Part shown: in pieces, positions 12,501-26,234 of the stretch
Layout: the number at the start of each line of letters is the position of its first letter
Numbering within the stretch: the first letter of the stretch is position 1
NCBI GenBank assembly: GCA_964016885.1
Contig: OZ024744.1
Location: 72,106,001-72,170,000, forward strand
Source of the DNA: Eledone cirrhosa
Lineage: Eukaryota
Direction of reading: 5' to 3'
Length of the DNA: 64,000 nt
Translations under genes and position numbers: made by a program
Notes under the pieces: generated by a model
Told to the model about the DNA's origin: nothing
Seen by the model: only the letters and a program-made list of their open reading frames with translations
Databases searched by the model: none

Positions 12501-14814
12501 AGGCTGATTAGGTGGTTGAGGCTTTTGCACACCCGCTCCTATCAGCTACTCCCACACAATCCCAGCGTGCGTTTAAGATGCCGTTCCAGTCTCCCACTAA
12601 CCCAGAAAGGTTTCCAGGCGCCTAAAGAATTCGGTCGTCCGGCCCCAGTAGGGGCGTAGACAGTCAGCAGTCTAAAGGCACCACCTTCGCTACTGCTCAC
12701 ATCCAGGACCACCAACTTACCGTCCGGGTCCCGAAGATCGACCTTACCTCGAGATCCAGACCTTTCCTAAACAGCACTGCCACCCCACCTCCCATTCCCG
12801 GCCTGCTAACAGATGCGAAGATCTGATAGTCGTCGAAAATGGGAGCTAGTGCGCGCGTGTCGGAAATCCTGGTCTCGCTGACGGCAATCACATCCATTTC
12901 CATAGACCTGAGGTCGTTGAGCAGGCGACCCTGCTTCCAAGGTGACACCAAGCCGTGAACATTTAAACTTCCTACTCTTAATATGGCCATGTTGGCAAGC
13001 TAAAAGAGAGAGGGAAGGTTTACTTACCTCCCGGGGTCTTGTGAAGGTCGGGTGGTTCGACCTCCATGGTTGGTGGGGTTTCTTTTGGGAACCCCTTTAA
13101 AAGTCTTGATGTGGGTTTCACATTCGGGGTTCCCACGTCTTGAGGAAAGCTCTCTCGAATTTCTTTGTAGGAATTGAGCGACATTCGCACCAGAAGCAAA
13201 TCTTCTGGCACGCAAATGTGTTCAGTTCAAAGATCTCCCCCTCTGTTTGGATGTCCTCGCTTCGTGTTAAGAGGACCATCAATTTATCGTTGGGCCTTCT
13301 GACAAGCACGAAGTTTTTAATGTTTTGTTCGTGTGGTTTTATTTGTTTTCGTTTTGGTGACTGCGGTGGTGATGGTTTTGGTGGTGTTGTTTCGGGTATG
13401 TCTGTGTTTGTTGTAGGTGTGGTGTCTGCAATTTCAGGTGTCTGTGTGTTTATTTGTTCTTGTGTTTCTTTAGATTGTTTGCGTTTCGGGGATTGTGGTG
13501 TTGTTGATGTTGGTGTTGATGTTATTGGGGAAGTGTTTGCGTTAGTGGTGTCTGTATTTTTTGTTGTGTATGTGTTTGTGTTTTGTTGGGGCTTTTTTTT
13601 GGGGGGGGGGGGGGGTTTTCTCTATTGTTTTTTGGCACTTTTGGCTTTTCCTTCATCTTCACTGCTGGAAGACAAAGGGTCTGTATCTGTGTGTGCATTT
13701 ATTGTTTTGCCTATGTGTATAATTGGAGTGGTAAGGGGAGTGGGAGAGTTTTCCTCGTTTTCCCCTTGGGTCGGTTTCGTTGCTGGTGGTGGTCCGACGG
13801 TTTTTTATGTTGATGGGGTTACCCGTGTCATTGTTGGTGTTGTTTTTGGTGGTGGTGGTGGTGGTACAGCTTTCCGTGCTGACACTAGTGTTGGCAACAA
13901 AGGAGGTTTGCGACTCCCTGACTTTTTGAACTGAGGGCAGAAGCTTGCAGATGCATTGCTTCCCCGCAGACGAAGCAGTGCGGCCTTATTACCTCAGCGA
14001 TTAATTGGATTGTTGTCCCGTCCTGCAGGCGGCCAACATCCAGTATGTTGTTCATGTCCTCTGGTTTCATTTGGAGAGGAATCTCCAAATTCATTCTGGA
14101 CCAGTCTTCTCTCTCTGTCGTTTTGATATCCAGGAGGGTAGTGTCTGTCCCCTCCTCGATTACGTATCCCAGGACCCACCATATGTTCATTCCTGGTGGG
14201 ATCCTGGGAATGCGGACCTTTACTGTCCTTTTGCCCATGTAGGACGGGAGTATGATAATGCGTTCCGTTCTGCAGGGGGTCACCTGCGTCAATTTCTGCG
14301 TCAGTGGTGTTCGGCGTGGAAGAGTCGATTCTGGGTGAATCCATTTCGATGTCACGAGATAATAATTTTTTTTTTGTTTCTGTTGTCGGTGTGGTGGGGG
14401 GTGGCGGCTTAACACCTGCAGTTTTTGGTAATGGCGGGAAATGATTGTTTGCATGTGACAAATTTAAATTATTGCCACTGCTTATATTTTTAGTGTTGGC
14501 AAACATAGTAATGTCTACAATGGTGGTGTTGGTGGTGGTGGTGGGAGGTGTTGGTTTGTTAGGATGGCTGTCAGCTTTGTGTGGCTGAGTGCCGTCCATG
14601 TTTTCTCAAAGAAAGTTTTTTGTTTGATAATTATAAAAGTTTTAATTTTTGGGCTCAAGGCCCCAATATTATTTACTGTCCTTTTCAGAAAGCAATATAT
14701 GTGAACTTATAACCACTTAACAACAAAAATGTTCCATAACTGGCAATTTGAAACAACTGAAAACAACAAACCTTTGCGGAGCTCACGATAATACGATTTC
14801 CTCCGTAGGTCGCC
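9512..14814 (-). mobile_element. Apparently full-length but disrupted Tx1/L1-clade LINE (ORF1 with zinc knuckle, ORF2 APE + RT + C-terminal Zn finger)
   Basis: ORF1 fragments at 14599-13885 (CFVCGEAMH); APE N-terminus MAILRVGSLNVHGL at 12990; RT motifs KSPGLDGLPYE, FRPITLLN..YKILAK, LDQSKAFDRVDH, AYADD; CPKC...H..C at 10546-9785; AATAAA near the 3' end; (AAT)n on both sides. Confidence 0.9.
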
Positions 14815-14857
14815 AATAATAATAATAATAGTAATAATAATAATAATAATAATAATA

Positions 14858-16256
14858 GAGTCATTGTGATGAGGAGGGGTAGGTTGAGCAGAAGTAACGG
14901 GATCCAGATACCAACAGGTGAGATGATAAAGGAAATTGACTCTGAGGAAGGATACAAGTATTTGGGCGTTCTGGAGGCTGATGGCATAAAGAACAAAAAA
15001 ATGAAGGAATTGTTAAGAACTGAATACATTCGGAGAGTAAGGAGCGTATTGAAGTCACATCTGAACAGCAGAAATGCCATAAGCGCAGTAAATTCCCGAG
15101 CTGTGTCTATTATTAGGTACAGTGCGGGAATTCTGAGATGGAATGTTGCTGAACAAAAAGAAATGGATAGGAAGACTAGGAAGCTATTGACTATCTACAA
15201 CATGTTCCACAAGAGGAGTGATGTCGATAGACTCTACCTAAGGAGATCTGAGGGTGGAAGAGGTCTTATCAGCATAGAGGACTGTGTTCAGATGGAGAAA
15301 AACAACCTATACAAATACGTGACCTATAGTAAGGAGCCAATGCTCAGAGCTGTACTGAAGGAGGGGACAGTAGGCCAGGGGATACCCAAGGAGGAAATAA
15401 CATCAAGGAGGAAGAGCAGCCTTAAGGGAAAATCCCTTCATAGTACCTTCTTTGAGAAAACTGAATTTAGAGATCCACAGACATGGAACTGGTTGAGAAG
15501 GGGAGACCTCAAAAAGGCTACAGAAGGAATGCTAATGGCTGCGCAGGAGCAGGCCCTCAAAACGAAGTGGTTGAAGCACCATATCTACAAGGAGGAGGCT
15601 AGCCCACTGTGCAGGATCTGTGGAGAGAGAGAGGAGACTGTGGCTCACATTGTGTCCGAGTGTAAACACCTAGCCCAGACCCACTATAAGGGCTGGAGAC
15701 ACGATGTGATAGGCAGGGTGATCCACTGGCACCTGTGCAAAGTAAACAATCTACCACATTCTGAGAAATGGTATGAGCATAGGCCAGAGGCGGTGATGGA
15801 GAACAGTCAGGTGAAGGTGCTGTGGGATTTTAGGATACAGACGGACAAAAAACTGGAACACAATAGACCTGACCTGGTGGTTGTGAACAAAGAAAAAAGA
15901 TCGTGCCTGATTGTGGATGTGGCCTGCCCGTTCGACACGAGAGTGCAAGAGAAGGAGAGGGAGAAAATTAACCGATACCAGGACCTAAAGTGGGAGGTGA
16001 AAAGGATTTGGAACTGCCATGAAGTCAAAGTGATCCCGATTGTCATAGGCGCACTGGGGACTATCTCCAAAGGTTTCCAGGGATGGTTAAAGAAAATCGG
16101 CCCCTTCACGCTTTTTGGAACGCTTCAAAAGGCATGCTTGCTTGGAACGGCAAGAACCCTCCGATACGTCCTGAATATCTGAGGCTGCAGGTAGTGGCTT
16201 GATATTCAATCCAACGGACTTTCCAGTTAACCAACATCAATGACTGAGATTCAAGG
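14858..16256 (+). mobile_element. 5'-truncated R4/Dong-clade non-LTR retrotransposon (RT C-terminus, CCHC, RLE endonuclease)
   Basis: ORF 14866-16182 with CRICGEREETVAHIVSEC, RHD, RPDLVV...IVDVACPFD; (AAT)n on both sides (14815-14857, 16257-16339). Confidence 0.92.
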
Positions 16257-16268
16257 AATAACAATAAC

Positions 16269-16339
<71 letters not shown>

Positions 16340-16505
16340 GGGAAGAAGACGCACGAGGTGACGGAGGTCATGAAATCGCTCCCGTAAGTTTTGAATTTTT
16401 AACATATTTAAATCATTTGTGAAATAACAACTCTTAGTACAAATGCTACGTAAAGCACCCGGCTTGAGCCCCAAAAAAATTCGGACCCAAAATATATTGT
16501 TATAA

Positions 16506-17150
16506 GGCTCAAATATTCAAATATTCAACTTTGTATTGTACACTGTATATCCAAAAAAAAATGGCTATAAATGGAAGAAGAAGAACCCCCCCCCCTCCTC
16601 TCCTCTGGCTACACTATATAGGACAGCTAAACTCACCAACACCAGAAACTAGATACACCACCCACCCCATCATCTGTGTACACTAAACACAACAGCATTT
16701 TCACCTTCACCGCCACCGCTCACTACGGCCATCATTACCACCACTATCCCATCACCGCCGCCACCACCCCTTGACTCCTTCACTGCTGCTGCCACCGCTA
16801 CAGCACCATCACTACAGTAATACGGCTCAAATATTCAAATATTCAACTTTGTATTGTACACTGTATATCCCAAAAAAAATAAAATGGCTATAAATGGAAG
16901 AAGAAGAACCCCCCCCCCCCTCCTCTCCTCTGGCTACACTATATAGGACAGCGAAACTCACCAACACCAGAAACTAGATACACCACCCACCCCATCATCT
17001 GTGTACACTAAACACAACAGCATTTTCACCTTCACCGCCACCGCTCACTACGGCCATCATTACCACCACTATCCCATCACCGCCGCCACCACCCCTTGAC
17101 TCCTTCACTGCTGCTGCCACCGCTACAGCACCATCACTACAGTAATACGG
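16506..17150 (+). repeat. About 318-bp tandem duplication of low-complexity (CAC-rich) sequence
   Basis: ggctcaaatattcaaatattcaac starts at 16506 and 16824. Confidence 0.9.
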
Positions 17151-17736
17151 TCGCATCACCGCCACCACTGCCTCGGTATCGACATCACCACCACCACTGT
17201 CTCAGTATCGCCAACGCCGCCAGTCTCTGCTGGCTGCCACTTCCACATTATAGAATTCCTACTACTAACAAAGAGGAAGGCATCAAAATATATAGATAGA
17301 CTCAAAAGAAAAAAGAAAAAACAAACAACAAAAGCAGCACAGCAACAACAGCAAAAAACGAGAAAAACAGAGAAAAACAAAAACAAAAAAAGAAACCCCA
17401 AAAACGTAAAGAAAATAAGAATGAAGAGAGAAGCAGGCGGACGGACAGAGAAGAGGGGGGAAAAAGTAAAACTTAAAAAACAAAAACTAAGTCAGACATT
17501 CGAATACTACATTACAATGAAACTTATGCTTATTCATTTTTGGGGCCCTTTCTGCCCGTGTGTTTGTCTGTTTATGTGTGTCCGTATACAGCGTGGTGAT
17601 AATGCCACACAAGGGCCAAGTGGGATGGCGGATCCACAGATGGCTATGTAAACATACATTCGCCAATCCTCGATAAGAGTGTTTAAATATCGAACATAAA
17701 CAGTTCGAATAACGGTGAAATGGAGACTAGAACGTC

Positions 17737-20700
17737 ATGTGACAGACTTCACCCAACAGGTGCCCCCTGGCTCAGCAGCAGGAACCTGACTGTCAACCAA
17801 ATACTGCTGATGTTGGAGGAAGAAGAAGAAGGAAAGGGGCCAGAACCAACTGGACGAAAGAATTGAATAGAACTGTTATGCAATGCTACCTGAAAAGTAA
17901 CCCCAAGGAGAGGGGCTACAGGAGACGGATGCATAACATCTGGAACGAGATTGGTCTATTTAAATTAGATGAACAAAAATTGGCCGGGCAGGCTCGGGTA
18001 ATAAGAACTAATGGGTGGATAAGCGAGCTGGAACTGGAGGAACTGAGCAGAGAGAATGGCTTGGAGATGGCGGGTGTAGTATGCCAGACAAGCGAGCCGG
18101 CGGGAAATGAAGGTGAGGAGGTCCTGAGAACGGAGGAACCACCCGAAGCAGACAATGATCTGAATACTGAGATAAATAATACCTGGAACAGAGATACGGC
18201 CACTGAGGAGATGAATGCTGACGGGCTAGGACAAGATTCGGTTGACATCCTAAATTTAGTGGTAGATGAGTTGAACAATGATAGTGGGAGACCTATGAAC
18301 CTAAGATTTGTAGACAGGAAAAAGTTAAAAGAAACAACAGCTAAGGTAAACAAAGTCATCCCATACCTTGAGGCGAGGAGTCTTCACCAGTGCAACAATA
18401 TCCTCAAAGCAACAGCAAATACGGTGAGGAAACTACTTGGTATAAAAGCGAGAGGAAACAACAGACAAGAAAGAGCAGAGCCGTGGTGGAAGAAGCGACT
18501 GAGTGGGCAAATCGGGGAAATGAGAAATGACATAGGAAAGCTTGAGTCACTACTGAATGGGACACTAAAAAACATAGGCACTAAAAATAGACTGGAAATA
18601 AAATACAAAACTAGGAGTAAAAAGCTAAATATTATCATAGAGGAATTGAAGCAACGCATTGTAGCAAAGAGTGCCAAAATCAGGCGGTACGAGAACAGAG
18701 TCAGTCAGTATAAACAGAACCGCATGTTCGACAACAACCAGAAGATGCTGTTTGGACAGCTTGAGGGGAAAGAAAGAGGCAACGACTTGATCCCTGGGGC
18801 GGAACAAGCTAAAACATTCTGGAGAGGAATATGGGAGCAGGATGTTAGACACAATGCCCAGGCAGGGTGGATTGAGACAGTACAGAGGGAGATCGGTGAG
18901 CAGGCACAACAACAGACTGATTTGAGTATCACAGTTGAAACTCTTAAGGGGCAAGCCAAAAAACTAACCAACTGGAAATCACCAGGCCCAGATGGTGTGC
19001 AGGGGTATTGGATTAAACATTTAACATCCCTCCACCCGAAGCTGACGGCCATGTTCAATGACTGCTTGGTGTCGGGTGAGGTGCCAGAGTGGTTGACAAA
19101 AGGTACCACAGTTCTGATAATGAAAGACCGAATCAAGGGTAATGATGTTACCAACTATAGACCTATCACATGTCTGCCCGTAATGTGGAAACTGTTGACG
19201 AGCATTGTGTCTGAGGAAATCTACCATCACCTCCACACAAACAACTTGTTGCCGGACGAACAGAAAGGATGCCGAAAGAAGTCACGTGGTACAAAGGACC
19301 AGTTGCTTATTGATAAGATGGTAATGGGGAATTGCAGGAGGAGACACACTGATCTTGCCATGGGATGGATAGACTACAGAAAGGCATTTGACATGGTGCC
19401 TCATTCCTGGATCACCAAAAGCCTGGAGATCTTCAGGGTGGCAGATAACATCAGACAGTTGCTGGGCAGGAGTATGGGGTCCTGGGAGACAGAGTTGACA
19501 TCAACTGGAGTATCCTTGGGAAGCGTGAAGATCAAGAGAGGTATCTTCCAGGGAGATAGCCTGTCCCCTCTGTTGTTTGTCCTTGCCCTGATGCCCTTGA
19601 CCATTATGCTGCGAAAAGTGAGAGCAGGATACAAGTTGGGAAGGGGAGAGCTTACCATCAATCACCTCCTCTTCATGGACGATCTTAAGCTCTTCGGGAA
19701 AAGTGAGAAGGAGTTGGATGTGCTTGTTGACACTGTCCGTATTTTCAGCAGTGATATATGTATGCAGTTTGGTATTGGTAAATGTGGAGTCATTGTGATG
19801 AGGAGGGGTAGGTTGAGCAGAAGTAACGGGATCCAGATACCAACAGGTGAGATGATAAAGGAAATTGACTCTGAGGAAGGATACAAGTATTTGGGCGTTC
19901 TGGAGGCTGATGGCATAAAGAACAAAAAAATGAAGGAATTGTTAAGAACTGAATACATTCGGAGAGTAAGGAGCGTATTGAAGTCACATCTGAACAGCAG
20001 AAATGCCATAAGCGCAGTAAATTCCCGAGCTGTGTCTATTATTAGGTACAGTGCGGGAATTCTGAGATGGAATGTTGCTGAACAAAAAGAAATGGATAGG
20101 AAGACTAGGAAGCTATTGACTATCTACAACATGTTCCACAAGAGGAGTGATGTCGATAGACTCTACCTGAGGAGATCTGAGGGTGGAAGAGAGGTCTTAT
20201 CAGCATAGAGGACTGTGTTCAGATGGAGAAAAACAACCTATACAAATACGTGACCTATAGTAAGGAGCCAATGCTCAGAGCTGTACTGAAGGAGGGGACA
20301 GTAGGCCAGGGGATATCCAAGGAGGAAATAACATCAAGGAGGAAGAGCAGCCTTAAGGGAAAATCCCTTCATAGTACCTTCTTTGAGAAAACTGAATTTA
20401 GAGATCCACAGACATGGAACTGGTTGAGAAGAGGAGACCTCAAAAAGGCTACAGAAGGAATGCTAATGGCTGCGCAGGAGCAGGCCCTCAAAACGAAGTG
20501 GTTGAAGCACCATATCTACAAGGAGGAGGCTAGCCCACTGTGCAGGATCTGTGGAGAGAGAGAGGAGACTGTGGCTCACATTGTGTCCGAGTGTAAACAC
20601 CTAGCCCAGACCCACTATAAGGGCTGGAGACACGATGTGATGGGCAGGGTGATCCACTGGCACCTGTGCAAAGTAAACAATCTACCACATTCTGAGAAAT

Positions 20701-21187
20701 GGTATGAGCATAGGCCAGAGGCGGTGATGGAGAACAGTCAGGTGAAGGTGCTGTGGGATTTTAGGATACAGACGGACAAAAAACTGGAACACAATAGACC
20801 TGACCTGGTGGTTGTGGACAAAGAAAAAAGATCGTGCCTGATTGTGGATGTGGCCTGCCCGTTCGACACGAGAGTGCAAGAGAAGGAGAGGGAGAAAATT
20901 AACCGATACCAGGACCTAAAGTGGGAGATGAAAAGGATTTGGAACTGCCATGAAGTCAAAGTGATCCCGATTGTCATAGGCGCACTGGGGACTATCTCCA
21001 AAGGTTTCCAGGGATGGTTAAAGAAAATCGGCCCCTTCACGCTTTTTGGAACGCTTCAAAAGGCATGCTTGCTTGGAACGGCAAGAACCCTCCGATACGT
21101 CCTGAATATCTGAGGCTGCAGGTAGTGGCTTGATATTCAATCCAACGGACTTTCCAGTTAACCAACATCAATGACTGAGATTCAAGG
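17737..21187 (+). mobile_element. Near full-length R4/Dong-clade retrotransposon, single ORF split by a 2-bp insertion
   Basis: N-terminal WTKELN..MQCY...RRMHNIW...EQKLAGQARVI, RT (KSPGPDG, YRPITCL, GIFQGDSLSPLLF, LFMDD), CCHC, RLE; ggaagaGAggtc at about 20191 versus ggaagaggtc in the other copies; (AAT)n tail 21188-21215; exact 5' end unresolved. Confidence 0.92.
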
Positions 21188-21215
21188 AATAACAATAATA
21201 ATAATAATAATAATA

Positions 21216-21607
21216 AGACCTGACCTGGTGGTTTTCGACTAGGAAAAAAGATCGTGCCTGATTGTGGATGTGGCCTGCCCATTCGACACGAGAGTGCAAG
21301 AGAAGGAGAGGGAGAAAATTAACCGATACCAGGACTTAAAGTGGGAGTTAAAAAGGATTTGGAACTGCCATGAAGTCAAAGTGGTCCCGATTGTCATAGG
21401 CGCACTAGGTACTATCTCAAAAAGTTTCCAGGGATGGTTAAAGAAAATTGGCCCCGCCACGCTTTTTGGAACGCTTCAAGAGGCATGCTTGCTGGGAACA
21501 GCAAGAACCCTCCGATACGTCCTGAATATCTGAGGCTGCAGGTAGTGGCTTGATATTCAATTCAACAAACTTTCCAGTTAAATAACATCAATGTCTGAGA
21601 CTCAAAG
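21216..21607 (+). mobile_element. Short 3' fragment of a sister R4/Dong subfamily
   Basis: ORF 21264-21533 DVACPFD...RYVLNI with diagnostic substitutions; own (AAT)n tail 21608-21636. Confidence 0.9.
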
Positions 21608-22429
21608 AACAATAATAATAATAATAATAATAATAAATCACTCACTATCTGTCAAATATATGTTCATAGAAACACGCCATCTTATCTAACTAATGTCGTG
21701 CCTGAGTATTTCTAAGAAGCTTATCAGGATTTTAATCTAGGAGAGATATAGATAGTTGGAACGAGAGAGAGAGAGGGAGCGGGGGAGAGAGAAAGAAAGA
21801 AAGAAAGATGGACAAAATGAAAGAATGAGAGAGCAATGGGGGTTGGATGAGAGACATGGGCCGGCTGGAAAAGAAAACCAGGAAGCCAGAGATTTTCCAA
21901 TAATAAGTTTATCTTTTTTCGTTACTCTACCACTAACGTGGTTCATACAATTTCGAGTGAACCTGTTCGTGAATAATCACATTATCACCATTAATGAATA
22001 TATAAATAAATGCGCTGCATCCAGATTGCTAGGCTACATCCTGATAGCTAGAAATAACTTCATATTAGAAAATTTAAGTGCAAATATTTGAAACGTGTGT
22101 CTTTCAGATACGGCGATGTCAATGGTCGAGTGTGTGGGCTAGTGTCCCGCCTATGGAACCACAGTTCATGTCTTGTGGTATAAACATTGTATCTTGTTCC
22201 TGGCGAACAGCATTAAACGTGACTCCCAACGTCTGTGTTTGCGTAGCTCTGTATTAAAGTTAGCGATATACAGGAACAGTAGGGACTTTGACGTCTTACA
22301 ATGTTCAGTTCAATTCCGTCTGCAGTAGAAGACTTCTAAAACAATAGCCAACAATTCTGGCATTTGAAAATAGAGCTAGTAGGGCAGAACATCCAGACCG
22401 ATTGATTTATGCCTCGTTGTATTCCTCAC

Positions 22430-22594
22430 TTCATCTAACAATATCAGTTCTTTGTTGTACACTGCCTCCGTGTTCGAAAGTTGTGACAGTCCGGCGAGTT
22501 GGGCATCAAAATCAACTCCATTGTCTCCAGTTCGTTGCTCCTCGCAAAAGGTTCCACAAAATGCAGTTAGAAAAAGAACAATAGTAAATAGCAT
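22430..22594 (-). CDS. Candidate first coding exon of a secreted protein (signal peptide plus 38 aa)
   Basis: ATG at 22594, MLFTIVLFLTAFCGTFC hydrophobic leader, 55 codons ending GAA|GTGAGG (phase-0 donor-like); unique, non-repetitive sequence. Confidence 0.4.
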
Positions 22595-22940
22595 TGACTT
22601 TTTCACCCACAAAATACTATAGTTTAGTACCACTCTGGATAGTTATACACAGGGAATGATTACATATCAGCTCCCATACCTTTCTCGCACATTGATACAG
22701 TGTTACGTATGAGCGAGGAAATAATTATAGTCGATTTCATCGAGTCTGTTACATGAGAGGTATTTATTTTGATACTGTCGTGTTAATAAATCTCAAAATA
22801 AACAGATGATAATTGTTCTCTAACAGTTTTTGTTAAACAACCTAAATATAAAGATCTAGTTATATAAATCACCAGAATGTAAAACCTGAATACGCTAGTA
22901 ATCCTTATAATATTATGTCTTGAGAATGATTAAAAATAAT

Positions 22941-23152
22941 GGTTTCTTATATAGCCACAAGGCCAGCAATTTTGGGGGAGGGGAAAGTCGATTAAATCGA
23001 CCCCAGTGCATGACCGTTACTGTATTTTATCGACCCCGTAAGGATGAAAGGCAAAGTTAACCTCGACGGGATTTGAACTCAGAATGGCAAGGGCCGTAAC
23101 TCAATGCGTCAAAGCATGGCGTCCGACCCTCTACCGATACTGCCAATCCACC
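22941..23152 (-). mobile_element. tRNA-derived SINE (family A, longer variant)
   Basis: A/B boxes present; 3' end ggccttgtggctatataagaaacc plus attatt. Confidence 0.85.
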
Positions 23153-23396
23153 TAAATAATGCAAACAAATGCATAACCAAAGCGCCAAGACTTATTCATA
23201 TTTAAAAAAATACAAAATATATCTACTAGGCATTGTACACTTATCCGTAGAATACATTTAATACAATAGCAAATACAAAATAAATCATATATTGAAGATA
23301 TCTTAAGCATTCAGTGGAATTTGTCCCTTCCACAAGAAACGAAAAAGTATGCTTTTGAAGCTTCGTGTTTAAGCATGCTCATACTAGCTGTTTTCC

Positions 23397-24826
<1,430 letters not shown>

Positions 24827-25065
24827 GTAGCTTGTTCCCTTCCTATCTACGGTTAGCTTTCCTCTTTGTTGTTTACTTGTCTCACTCGCTTTACGCGTTT
24901 TAATTGTCCTAATAACTTAATTTAGTTATTATTGCACCAACGTGAGGTATATGATTTTTAATGCAATGAAATATCTATGATCGTTGGCAAATCACTGATG
25001 AGGGACTCATTTTATAACATGTTATCCATGTGCAACCTGCAGTATTCTTCTCCCCATTTTTTCAC

Positions 25066-25124
<59 letters not shown>

Positions 25125-25561
25125 TGCTTGGCTGCACTTTTGAATGCATTCGTCGGCTTAGCTGCGGCTCGAGCTTCGAATATGCTGTACTTTCATTTGT
25201 ATTACTATCTCCTAGACCTAATGATTAATTGATTAATTTGATTAGACAATTCTATTGATTGGTTAATTATTTATGTTTGTTTAATAACGATCTGGTTGAG
25301 TGCTTAATTCAGTTTGTGTATGGAACTTTTTCCATTGTTCATAATTTGAATTTGACCGCCATAAAGCGGGGTTAGCTCCCTTTGGAGTAACATGTGCCAC
25401 CACAACCGGATTTGTGTCAGAACGAAAACCTGTTGAGAAAGTAAATCCACTCTTCGATCTTCCAGAAACTTAACTTGTATACACTACAAGCGGATTTTGT
25501 TGATTTCCGATTTACAGAATCCTGAGATATTGAATAATTTCTAAGCGATGGTCCAGGTTTG

Positions 25562-25591
<30 letters not shown>

Positions 25592-25599
<8 letters not shown>

Positions 25600-25940
25600 A
25601 TACTTTGGGAGGGTCATGTTGCCAATAAGAAACACACGCACCAGTTGCTTTCACTTCAATTTATTATATATTTATAAATTTATAAATTTACAATCACTGA
25701 AGAGGTCACAGAGTGTGTGACGAAAGGACTATGACTATATATAAACAACTATCTGTGAAACCAGAAATTTATAAGTTTGTAAATTTGTAAATTTATAAAT
25801 TTATAAATATATAATAAATTGAAGTGAAAGCAACTGGTGCGTGTGTTTCTTATTGGCAACATGACCCTCCCAAAGTATAACAATATCGGTTTCAACACAC
25901 GATTTCAGATAAAGAATCTTGCTAAAGAAATTCAGAAACG

Positions 25941-25943
<3 letters not shown>
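25592..25943 (+). mobile_element. Hammerhead-bearing fold-back element (family B) between (TA)n tracts
   Basis: About 100-bp inverted arms 25592-25693 / 25785-25886; same family as 47224-47790 and 60285-60510. Confidence 0.75.
25694..25735 (+). ncRNA. Minimal type I hammerhead (family B)
   Basis: tca CTGAAGA g GTCACA gagtg TGTGAC GAAA gga CTA tga. Confidence 0.65.
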
Positions 25944-26006
<63 letters not shown>

Positions 26007-26234
26007 GTGTATATGTGTATGTATTTTTTCTCGCGAGGCAGTTCTTTCGTTGCTACAGACCACGCGGCTGAATTACCGATCGCTATCTTCAATTTGCAAA
26101 AGACCTTTATTTAAACTGTATGTTATTACTCTGAGGTTTATACCTTGTCGATTGGTTGGCTACACCGTTGGCTTAGCTGCGGCTTGAGTTTCGAATATGC
26201 TGTACTTTCATTTGTATATATATATATATATATA

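Noticed and set aside
13140-13934. 264-aa Val/Gly/Phe-rich plus-strand ORF
   Set aside because: Antisense shadow of the Thr/Asn/Lys-rich LINE ORF1
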